From the NCBI RefSeq assembly GCF_046119375.1, contig NW_027367086.1, forward strand, positions 1-62,168: 62,168 nucleotides of DNA, given 5' to 3'. The notes beneath the pieces are model-generated. The model worked only from the letters and a program-made list of their open reading frames with translations. It was not told where the DNA came from and searched no databases. Shown one piece after another: positions 13,715 to 24,623 of this stretch (within the stretch, counting starts at the first letter, position 1; every line of letters begins with the position of its first letter). This stretch comes from Phyllobates terribilis. Taxonomy: Eukaryota. The translations under genes and the position numbers were made by a program.

Positions 13715-16700
13715 ATGGATAACAATAACAACAATCCTTTTTTGGTGGAGCAATGAGGTAATTAATCATGTAATATTTTATTTCATATTATAGTTGTTAC
13801 ATATTTCTTGTTTACATGTTTCTATAGTTAGTTACTAGAAAATATAGTTATTAGAAAATATAGTTATTAGAAAATATATTTTGTAAATATAGTTATTAGA
13901 AAATTCTATACAAATTACTTAGTCCACACATGTCATTTTATATTATAGTTGTTACATATTTCTTGTTTACATGTTTTCATAGTTAGTTAATATAGTTCTA
14001 ATAGATGATTCTTAAGAAAATTTTGTAAATATTGTTATTAGAAAATTCTATACAAATTAATAGATGACTTTTATATTATAGTTGTTACATATTCATGTTT
14101 ACATGTTTCCATAGTTAGTTAATATAGTACTAGAAGATGATTATTAAGAATATTTTATAAATAAAGTTATTAGTAAATTCTATACAAATTATCAGATGAC
14201 TTAGTCCATATTTCATTTTATATTGTAGTTACTGCATACTTCATGTTTACATGTTTCCATAGTTCTTGGAAAATTCTATACAAATTATTAGATGACTTAG
14301 TTTACATATGTTATTTTAACATATAGGTGATTCCTTGCTAAATTCTATACTAATATTAGTGAAGTCTTATAATTTCGCAGTTTAATAATTCTTCGTACCT
14401 TGGTGACTTTGGTTACTCATACAATATTGAAGAACCACCAAGACATTCATCCTATGTAGCGGAATACGGGTATAGTTACAACGATCAAGAACCTCAAAGA
14501 CATTCATCCTATGGAGGGGAATACGGGTATAGTTACAACGTTCAAGAACCTCAAAGACATTCATCATATGTAGGTAATCCTGGGCAACCCGATGAACCAT
14601 TTGTCGGGTCTTTTAGTGAGTACATGCAAAATACGATAGGAGATGATGTTGGTGGTTCCCAACCCAATGACGACATTCAATTTGGATTTCCTCCTCTAAG
14701 CACCCACCCAACCTTCCCTGGTACTGCTCCCGAGGTTCAGTCAAGAGACTACACGGAAGATTTTTGCAACGACTTAGTTTGGAAAACTAAGAAAGAGGCA
14801 ATTGAATGGGCGAAAGATATAGCAATCAAACTGAACTTTGTTCTCAAAGTTGGAGGTACACAATCGTCTTCATTTTTTAAAATGGGTTATGTTGCGCTTC
14901 GTTGCATTAGGGAAAGGAAGGACCCTCCAAAAAAGACCCCAAAAAAGACGTCGAAGACTGGCCGTTGTGATTGCCAATTTGGTCTTGATTTGCACGAGGC
15001 ACCAAGAGGAGAATGGAGGATGAAAGTAAAAGAAGGCAAACACAACCATTCTATTGGAGAGCATCTCATCGGGGTTCCTTTAGCAGGGAGACTAAAAGAA
15101 GAGCAATTGGTCAAGGTGAGAGACATGCTTGACAGTCATTGCAGGCCCCATAGTATTATGACTGAATTGAACAAGAATCCAAACAACTATACTACAAAGA
15201 AGCAGTTGTACAACACAATCTACAAAATCCGTAATCAGAAAAAAGAGAAAAGGACCGTTGTCCAAGAGTTTTTTTACAGATGCAAATAGAATCGGTATTT
15301 TTTAGAGTATAGGATAAATCCAAGCACCAACGAGCTTCAAGATGTGTTCTTTGCGCATCTAGAATGCATGGACCATCTAAGGGCATTCTCATACATCGTC
15401 GTGCTTGATTGTACATATAGTTTTATCCGGTAAGCGTAAGACTTATTTCATGTATTTACTTTTATTATACATCATGTACTTATATAATGCATTATATTTT
15501 AGGTCAAACAATCCGTTTTTGGAGATAATCGGCGTCACCAACTCTGGTAAAAACTTCAGCATTGCTGGTTGTTTCCTAAGCGGTGAGACAAACGACCCAT
15601 ATATATGGGCCATACAATAATTGAAGGAACTTTATCGTCTAGTAGATAGGGCGCCAGTTTGTTTGGTGACGGATAGAGAACAGGCGTTGATAAACGCAAT
15701 GGATAGCTTGTTCCCCGACACAAAGTTCATATTGTGCAGGCGTCACATAAAGAAGAATATAGAAGCACATGCACTCAAGACATTCAAAGACAAAGAAATA
15801 GCAAGTGCGTTTAGTTCTGCATATTATGGGCTATTCAAGAAAAAACTGAGGCTTCATATTATGCAGAACTAAACAAAATTGTTAATACTTGGTCGAGGTG
15901 TCCTCATTTGCACAAGTATATGGAAGATTACTGGCTTGCACCACACAAAGAAAGAATTGTCTATGCATGGACTGACACGGTCTTCAACCTTAAAACCCAT
16001 ACGACTAACAGGTGATTATATGCCACTATTTCAGTTATTTCATCTTGTTTAATACAGATTACATATTTCAGTTATTTATTACAAATTACAGAGTCGAAGG
16101 TGCTCATGTGGCGCTTAAGAACTACCTTACAAGTTCTAAAGGCAACATATCCACAGTGTGGAATGAAGTCCATGATATGTTGTGTAACCTTGTGAAAGAG
16201 ATAGAAGGTACATTCAACATCAGCATGCAAAGATGATTAGGGGGAAGGGTGATAAAGGAATATTCAGAAGCATCTGTTTTGTGGTCTCTGGGAGTGCATT
16301 TTGAGCCTATCAAATGAGTATGATAAGGGAGTAGACCCCAAATACGACAGGAAATGCAGATGTATGATTAGTAGCAGGGATGGCCTACCTTGTGTGCACG
16401 AGATGGCTCCATATGTAAGGAATGAAATACCATTACCTGTTTCAAGTGTGCACCCATTCTGGAGGACTCTTAGCCTGCAACAAGATCCTTTAGATATTGA
16501 TGTACTACAAGTCGGACGAGATGTGTACAAGAGCAAGATGGATGAGTTCGTGCACAATGATTTCAACAACCTATCCCTCGAAGAACAGGCCAAGTGTCTA
16601 TATGAGATGAATAGGATTGCACACCCTGAACAAACTGATGTGCATGACTTTGCAAATGTCAAACACAAAGGTAGACCTTCGGGTGCAAAAAATAAAGCAA

Positions 16701-17554
16701 AACCACCTCCACCACCGCTCGGCTTGACCAAGAGAGTGCCATCTCACTGGGAGCATGTTGAAGAAGAAGTTGAGGATATGGGCACACCTCCCAAGAAGCA
16801 AAGGAACACACGTAAGAAGACGGGGCCGGAGGAAGTTCCTTCACATTTCCCTAACCACCTAAGAGTTCCCAAATTATAAACTTCCAAGACGTATTTCAGG
16901 TACTTGCCGAAGTTTTTGATACAACATATAGTGGGGTGGTATGAAATTGTACCTGATAGAAATTGTGGCTATCGAGCTATAGCATTTGGTATGGGTGACT
17001 CAGAAGAGAGTTGGGTGAACATAAGAGAGCTCATGATGTTTACAACCAAGGCAGACTGGGATGTCTTAGGAAAGATGATGACATCACCTGTTACTATGTA
17101 TGATATACTATTGAAGCTTCATTTCTTAGATCGGGATTGCTTTGCCCCTAAACCCACTTGGTTCACAGTTCCAGATATGGGTATAATTACAGCAACTGCT
17201 CTTAACATGAGATTAGTAATCTTTAGTAAGGGTGGCAGGGCAGCTCTACATACCCACCAATTAGGTCAAGGCCAAATTATGTGCAAGGACAAATGCTCCA
17301 AATCGTATGCCTTGGGCACGTGAAGGAAGAAAATCATTGGATTGCGATAATATTAACATTCTAAATTGGTACATTTTTTCATTCACGATTAAATATCCTA
17401 ATTGACTATATTTCAGGTTCTTCTTGACGACGAGTGCCCATTGCCCCCAATTACTTGCATGTGGGGATATCATCGTGAAGAATCGGCTTTACAGTTGATC
17501 GCTCCATATATGTCTCGTCTTCAATCTTACATTGATAAACTTCATGCACATTAA
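13715..17554 (+). pseudogene. MULE transposase (FAR1 DNA-binding, DDE, SWIM) with C-terminal OTU-like cysteine protease domain; premature stops
   Basis: TATAAATA at ~13635. Micro-exon ATG at 13715 (1-nt shift in a T-run), intron to 14380. Motifs: W.TKKEAIEWA..CDCQFGL..KHNH, VLDCTY, VTDREQALINAM..FP..ILCRRHI, SWIM CRC..SRDGLPCVH, VPDRNCGYRAIA, ENHW, last exon VLLDDECPLPP. In-frame stops at ~15287, 15618, 15870 and 16234. Confidence 0.88.
13780..14340. repeat. Imperfect ~120-bp tandem repeats in transposase intron 1
   Basis: TATAGTTGTTACATATTTCTTGTTTACATGTTT..ATAGTTAGTTA..AGAAAATTCTATACAAATTA recurs at ~13788, 13943, 14075 and 14222. Confidence 0.75.
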
Positions 17555-19924
17555 ATTCAATGCAATTTTTTTGTAAACTTATTAGTAATAAATTACTTTG
17601 TTGCAAAAAAAAGTGTTATATAAAATCAAAATATACCGAAACACGGTGATTGACCTTAACATTCATCTCAATTTACTATATAGTTAATAAAAAATTACTA
17701 ATTAACTAATTGAAAAATGTTAGTGTTATAGGTAAATTACATTGCTCTCTATATGGTTAAAGGAGAGATGAAACCATATCGATATCATCTCGATAATGCT
17801 ATAGGCTAGTAAACATTTCATCTTTTGTTAAAATATAGTATAAAAGACTATATATGTCTTATATATTGTAATAAACTTATTGAAAATTGATTAAGTGAAG
17901 CCAATTGGAATATAATAGAAACCGGCGGTTGGTACAGCACCGAAACCGGCGGTATGTGTCGCCCAGGAACCGGCGGTTAGTGGAGGGTTGGAACCGGCGG
18001 TTTCTTACCTGCGTTAAAAAACAAAAAAATATTGCGTCATTTAGCAACACCCTTTTTGTATATTCCAAGACATATGTTACGAAACCAAAAATAAAAAGTT
18101 AATCATTATATCACTTATTTTTTTATTATTATTATGGGTCGTTTATTTCACTTTTAAATAAAAAATTAGAATATTATTTTCTAGATATTCTAGTTTATGT
18201 AATATATTTTATATTATTTTTGAGAAAATTATATCTTGATTCTAAATGTGAAACAAAATTTTTAAAAAAATGTATAATTAAAATTTAAAATTATTTTTTA
18301 AATTTAATCATAAGATATCCTATATAAAAACAGGAAATAATTAAAATAAATAATACAAAAAATTCCAGGAAAAAAGTTATCATTTAAACAATCACAATTT
18401 ATTTTTTATGAAAAAATATTTAATTATATTTTGACGATATTTTTATTACTATTAGTTATTTAAATATTTAATAACTATAATATATTTATAACTTATATTT
18501 TACTTATTTATTTAAATGTAAAAAATAGGTTAAACTAATCATGGGATTTAACTTGGATGCAAACGATCTATCTGGCCACTCTATACACACCAATATTACC
18601 AGCTTTTTCAATTTTGGCGTTATCTCCCCATTCCTCCTACACAAACACTATTCTTTCTTTTTTATTATTTTCCAACTTTCACCCATTATTCCTTTCCCCT
18701 TTTCTCCCTTTCTTTTGCCCTTCATTTTCTTTTTCTCCTTTGTCACCACACTATAAAGCCCACCCATTTCAATACAAGCATTCAATTCAACAACTCATAA
18801 CAGATTTTCTTCTTCTTCCTCCTCTTATTTTCTGTTGAATATTTGAGCTATCAGTCTTTCTGGGCTTCTGGGTATAAGTTTTTGGACTCTAGAAGTGGAT
18901 GATTGATGATGAATTTGGCATGAAGTTTTTGGATTCAGCTTTATCTTCTCCTTAATTGGTTTCTGCAGCAGCGATTATTACTTCTAAAGTGAAACAACCT
19001 CTCTGTTTTCTCCCTGTTGATTTCCTCCTGTTCCATGTTTGATCATTTCGACTGTCACTGCTGTTATTCAGGTAACTAAGGGAGATCTTACACAACACAA
19101 CAGATGCCGTGAATGAAAGGTAGATTGATTTCTGTCTGAATCTATTTGTTTGAAGTTGAAAATTCCTTAGTAGTCAAGTATTCATATCAAAAGGAGAATC
19201 CACTGTCTATCTTCTTTTGGGCGTTGCATATTAATGTCAAAACCACATTTTTGCACATATATGATTTCTTTGATGGTATTATTTGCCCTACTGTCACTGA
19301 TCTAGTGATGTGGAAGGAAATGATGGATCAATAAAATCCCATTTTCTTTAGCCTTTATCCAGTGAGTAGATGCTATTTCACAATTTGCCATTGTTACATA
19401 CTAAGGGAAAAAGGAAACAATATGCCTTTGTTGCTTCTTTACTATTTAATATTTATGTACTGAAATACCACAAGTCTTGGTTGTCCTTTAGTCTGTTAAT
19501 CTCGGCTAATTAACAGCTAACCCAACAGCTAATCTTATCCTATCTTCCTCTTTTAGTACTTCTGGCACTGTCAATTAGTATTTAAATAAGCTAATAGGAT
19601 TGTTTTTCTAGTCTAGCTTCTGCACATCTCAGAGCATCTTTTCTTTGTGTTTGACCTGTTAGGTTCAAAAGGCCAAGTACACTTAACCACCCTTAACTTA
19701 TTTTATTGACTTAAGCAGCCTTTACAAAGAAAATACCAATTATTTTAGTACTATAATAATTAAGCAAGAAGTTCTTCATTTGATTGCACAAAGATTTGTA
19801 AATTCAAGGAAACCAGCACGTTTGTTTTGACTGTTTGTTACTGCTGAATAGGTGCCTTAACATATCTCGAATTATAGAACTGCAAATTTTATGCTCTTAA
19901 GTACTAATAAAATTGCAATTCAGA

Positions 19925-22060
19925 ATGAGCTCAACAAGCATCCAAGTTGCACACTTAAGAAGCATTGGCATGTATGAACCATCCCAACAGTTTGGAAAAT
20001 GGAAAGATGTTCCTCAATCTTCAAGCAGCTTAGCTGTACCATCTTCGATTATAAAAGACGAAACAAGCCCAAACCATAAGGTGAAAATCAGCTACCTAAT
20101 ACAAGAAATTTGTTAATCTTTGAATCTCCCTTCATCTCTTTACTTTGTACTTGTGCTATACAGAGTGAATCTACATCTGAGCAACAAGCTGGGCAATCAG
20201 ATAATGACCATGAATCAAGCAGGGTTGCTCTAAAGGTATACTACATATATTGAATAAGTTTCTGCTCAAATTAGACCTTAAAATTCGCAGCCGAACCTCA
20301 GTATCCAACATAGAGTATTGAACTATAAACATAGAGCATGATTTGTGAAACTACCAAAAAAATGGAAAAAAATGAAACTGAGTTATTTACAAAATTACCA
20401 CCGTGTCAGTTTTGCATCACTTTCTGTTTTCTTAGTAGCATAATTTGGATAACGAGGTTCGGCTGCGAAGGCCTAATTTCAGCAGAAACTTCCTCGCTAT
20501 ATATATAGGAAATGTTATAATAAAGTAAACATTCCACAGACAAAAAGGAGATTAGCACAGAACCGTGAAGCCGCCAGGAAAAGCCGTCTTAGAAAAAAGG
20601 TAATCTGAAATTTAGGTGACATATTCAGAAACTTAAGTGCAGGTAGCATTGACAGAAATTAATCTCCTTTTATATTAACCCCAGGTGTATGTTCAACAAT
20701 TGGAAAGTAGTCGGCTAAAGCTTGCTCAATTGGAACAACAACTTGAGCAAGTTAAATTACAGGTAGCTAAACTTCTGATAAGAGTTTATTTCTACTTCAT
20801 AACCAAGATTCACTTCATCTGATAATGTTGATGTGTGACTACTGAAAGCAGAATCTTTGTGCTGGAAGCGCATTACGTACTTATATCCGGCCTGACATAA
20901 ATGCAGGTTTCTTTTCATATTAATATTATTGATATTTACATGATCATTCTAATGTAAACTAGATATTTTTTCTTATGTGTATTTGTTATCATAAACAGGA
21001 ATAGCTGCATTTGACAAGGAATACAGTGAGTGGCTAGAGGAGCAATACCGGAGAATTTGTATGCTCCGAAATGCTGTTAAGGCTGGTTTATGTGATGCTC
21101 AACTTCAGACACTTGTACAAGGAAGCTTGAATCATTACCATAATCTCTTCCAAATGAAAGCACAAGTGGCCAAACTTGATGTCTTTTATTTAATGTCTGG
21201 AGCATGGAGAGCTTCAGTTGAACGCTTCTTTCTTTGGATTGGAGGTTTTCGCCCCTCAGATCTTCTTAAAGTAAGCTTACCCTATACTTTCTTGTTTTCC
21301 TCTCATTTGACCTTGAAACCACCAAAACATGACTTAAGGTTCTAAATGCAAACATACTTTAAGTGTGAACATTACTTGAACGTAGAGCAATCACTATCTT
21401 ACAGTTTAGGTTCATGAATAAGTACTATAGGTTCATATATAAGATAGTAAAGTTCACACTTCAAGTCTGTTCGCATTTCATACTGTAAGATATGTTTTTA
21501 CCTCTATTTTCTCACTTTTTGGTAGCTTGCCATTGGTGTTGGTTTTGATAATAAAAAAATGCTCTCTCTATTTTTAACTTGCCACAAATAATTTACATAG
21601 GTTGTGATGCCATATCTTGAGCCATTAACAGAACAACAAGAAGAGGATATCAAGAAACTGAGCCATTCATCTCAGCAAGCAGAAGATGTTCTTTCGCAAG
21701 GGCTTGAGAGACTTCAACAAAGCTTGGGTCAGATCTTGTCAGCTGATGTCACTTATGATCCATTGATGACCACTGCAAGAGAGAAACTAGCTGCGATTGA
21801 TAACTTTGTGAATCAGGTAAAATGTAGTTTTGATCATGTACATTTCTGAGTTTCTAATTAACATGAGCTTGTGATCTCCATGAAACCAGGCAGATCACCT
21901 CCGCGAGAGTACCTTAAATCTAATGTCAAAGATTCTTACAACACATCAAGCAGCAAGAGGTTTAATTGCATTGGGAGATTATTTTCATCGCTTATCTACT
22001 ATAAGTTCTCTCTGGGCAGCTCGTCCTCGCGAATTAGGCCAAGACCCAAACTGGCCGTGA
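19925..22060 (+). CDS. TGA: TGA-type bZIP transcription factor (bZIP + DOG1 domain), multi-exon, intact by manual splicing
   Basis: GT-AG exons give KRRLAQNREAARKSRLRKK|VYVQQLESSRLKLAQLEQQL, GIAAFDKEY, VFYLMSGAWRASVERFFLWIGGFRPSDLLK, LEPLTEQQ, SSQQAEDVLSQG and ADHLR..LTTHQAARGLIALGDYFHRL..ISSLWAARPRE. Stop TGA at 22058-22060. Confidence 0.95.
20256..20491. mobile_element. MITE-like foldback element in TGA intron 2
   Basis: ~50-bp terminal inverted repeats: AAGTTTCTGCTCAAATTAGACCTT..TCGCAGCCGAACCTC.GTATCCAA vs TTGGATAACGAGGTTCGGCTGCGAAGGCCTAATTTCAGCAGAAACTT. Confidence 0.75.
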
Positions 22061-22280
22061 TTTTCGATTTGTTCTTCAACTGTTTGTATATATACTTCTA
22101 CTCTATGTATTATGTAGTTTGTGATTAGTCTGAGTTTAGTTTAAAGGATGAGGGAGGGCTAAAGAGCTGTTTAATTAGCATAATATGGTAGTTATTTCGT
22201 GTGTATGGCTATGTATACTTTATCATTATATGTAATGATCAGCATCTAAAGCATGTATATACATTATAGAGGGTTAATCG

Positions 22281-22673
22281 GGTGCGGACTAATTTTCTGT
22301 GCAGATTGTGCGGACTATAATAGTGCACCAATGAACTACTAGAAAGTGCATCAGTGTACTACCGTAGAGTGCACTTGGTAGTGCATTCGCGAGTGCACTG
22401 GTAATGCACTCTGAGGCGTGCACCACTAGTGAACTGAGGAGTGCACTAATTCACTACTGAGAAGTACAGCATAATACAATGACGAGTGCACCAGTGCACT
22501 ACTGGGTAATGCAACAGAGTGAACTGAAGAATGCACCAGTGCACTACAGAGGTATGCACCAGTAGTGCAATCACAAGTGCATTGGCAATACACTGAGTAG
22601 TGCACTTGGCAGTATACTGAACAGTGCACCAAAAATATGATGAAAAGTACACTAGTTGTGATGAGTCCGCACC
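22281..22673. mobile_element. Non-autonomous element / repeat built of many (A)GTGCAC(T) motifs
   Basis: Short inverted ends GGTGCGGACT (22281-22290) and AGTCCGCACC (22664-22673). The interior is densely filled with AGTGCAC/GTGCACT variants. Confidence 0.6.
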
Positions 22674-23229
22674 AGAAACATCTTATATATATATATTTGT
22701 ATAATAACTAACACATGAATTTGGTGTAAAATTTACCATTACATGATATGGGTGATCTTTTACTAACACATGAACGTTTGTTATTCAGACATCAGAAACA
22801 TGATCTTGATGTGGTTAAAATTTCATAGGTTTTGGTTAAGATTGTTGAGCTACCAAACCTACCAGTATAATTGATTATTATTATTTATAAAAAAAAGTGA
22901 AAAAAAAAGGTTCGATTGTCCGAATATTTGTGGACTTCACGCATTCTTGAGATTCAAGAATCCAGCACCGGCAGCAATCTAACGTCGACTGGTCCACAAA
23001 TTTTCTTGGCAATCAAAAATTTGGAATTTCAGAAATTCGAAATATGGAAAAATTGGAAAGAAAACGGAGAACGACAAGAACACATAGTCAGATGTAAATC
23101 GGCAACCACGTTTTCAGTTCAATTGCTTCACGTCATACACCGATGGAGGAGTAAAAGAAGAAATTTTTTGAAGCTTGACTGATTTCTACTTATAAAATTA
23201 GGAGAAACGAAGGACAAATAGTCGAAGAA

Positions 23230-24360
23230 ATGAGCAATTTGAGGACGATTTTCCGCCCAAACGCTGTACTTACCTCTTTCGCGTGCTCCAGAAACCAATT
23301 CCAGGTTGGTTCGATTTCTCCCGGGGCTCCGTTTTTGAACCCTAACCGGAGCTCCGGCCTTCCTTGTCCTTCGTTCTCGGATTCCTCTGATTATGTGAGG
23401 AGGTACAGCAAACCCTGTTTTAGGGCAAGCCAGAGGAGGTATTATGGCGTTAAAGGTTCCAACTGGACCGACGAGAAGTCTCCTTATGAGGTGCTCGGTT
23501 AGTAATCATTTCTCTTCAATCCTTTATTCGAATTGAAACAGTGATTTCTCGATCTACGATTCTGAGTAGTGATTGAGGGTTGATCCAACAAGCTATTATC
23601 ATCCGTTAATCTCCTAATTGCAAGTTCGTTGGTTGAAATAATTCATCTGTTGTATACAGAGCTTGAAAGGGATGCCGGTGAGGAACAGATAAAAGTTTCA
23701 TATAGACGACTGGCCAAGTTCTATCATCCTGATGGTTTGCTCTTTTATCTTCAACTGTCCATGTAAGTACAGAAGCTAGAAACTAGAATTGGCTGATTTG
23801 TGTTTCCATTTCTTCAAGTCTATAACGGCAGGGGCGACCTTCAGGATGGGGAAACAGCAGAAACCAGATTCATAAGAATACAAGCAGCTTATGAGCTGCT
23901 TATTGATGTCGAGAGAAGGACACAATATGATAAGGACAATCGAGTTAACCCCATGAAAGTGAGTTTCACTAAAACTCTCCAGAAACATTTCTGTACAATC
24001 TTATATATATATATATACATATTGTAGGCATCTCAAGCATGGATGGATTGGCTGATGAAGAAGAGAACAGCTTTTGACCAACGTGGTGACATGGCTATTT
24101 CTGCATGGGCTGAGCAGCAACAACGGGAGATATTCCTCCGTGCTCGCCAGCTGTCAAGGTCAAAGGTGGATCCAGAGGAAGAGAGGAGAATCTTAGCGAG
24201 GGAGAAGAAGAGTTCGATTGAGAACTTGAATACAACACTGAAAAGACACACTCTGGTGTTAAAGAAGAGGGATTTGATGAGGAAGAAATCAGATGAAGCA
24301 AGGAAGAGGGAGGTCAGTAGGCTTTTAGCAGCAGAGGGCTTTGAACTTGATGATGAATGA
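23230..24360 (+). CDS. J-domain (DnaJ type III) protein with plastid transit-peptide-like N-terminus, 4 exons (resembles the Arabidopsis DJC73-type family from memory)
   Basis: Exons ~23230-23497, 23660-23734, 23819-23958 and 24028-24360 join to [45 protein letters not shown] (HPD motif) and ASQAWMDWLMKKR.AFDQRGDMA. Confidence 0.92.
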
Positions 24361-24623
24361 ACCTTTAAACCAATTATATTTATTAGTGTCTTGTGTTGAC
24401 TGCTGAACACTCTAGTGAAAACTCATGTGGTGTGTATATATATATATATCAAGGAATGAAATAGAAATTTATGGTTTATACTATGATATTTATCAATCTT
24501 GAGATGCTAGCGAAATGAAAATTTGTTATTCAAAATGTTATAGAGAGGCTTACAAAGGAACAAACAAGGGAGTAAATAAGGTATAAAGACACAGAGAAAC
24601 CAGTAAAGTTTATATGTGTAAAT

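Larger units (their letters stand above)
9145..18052. mobile_element. MULE-1: full-length Mutator-like element carrying a PMD gene (-) and transposase-OTU gene (+)
   Basis: Imperfect TIRs: left ..TGACGCATTTTTTGTTCTTTCTAACGCAG vs reverse complement of right ..TGACGCAATATTTTTTTGTTTTTTAACGCAG. Near-perfect 9-bp TSD: TTTTTGTAC at 9136-9144 and TTTTTGTAT at 18053-18061. MULE transposase inside. Confidence 0.85.
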
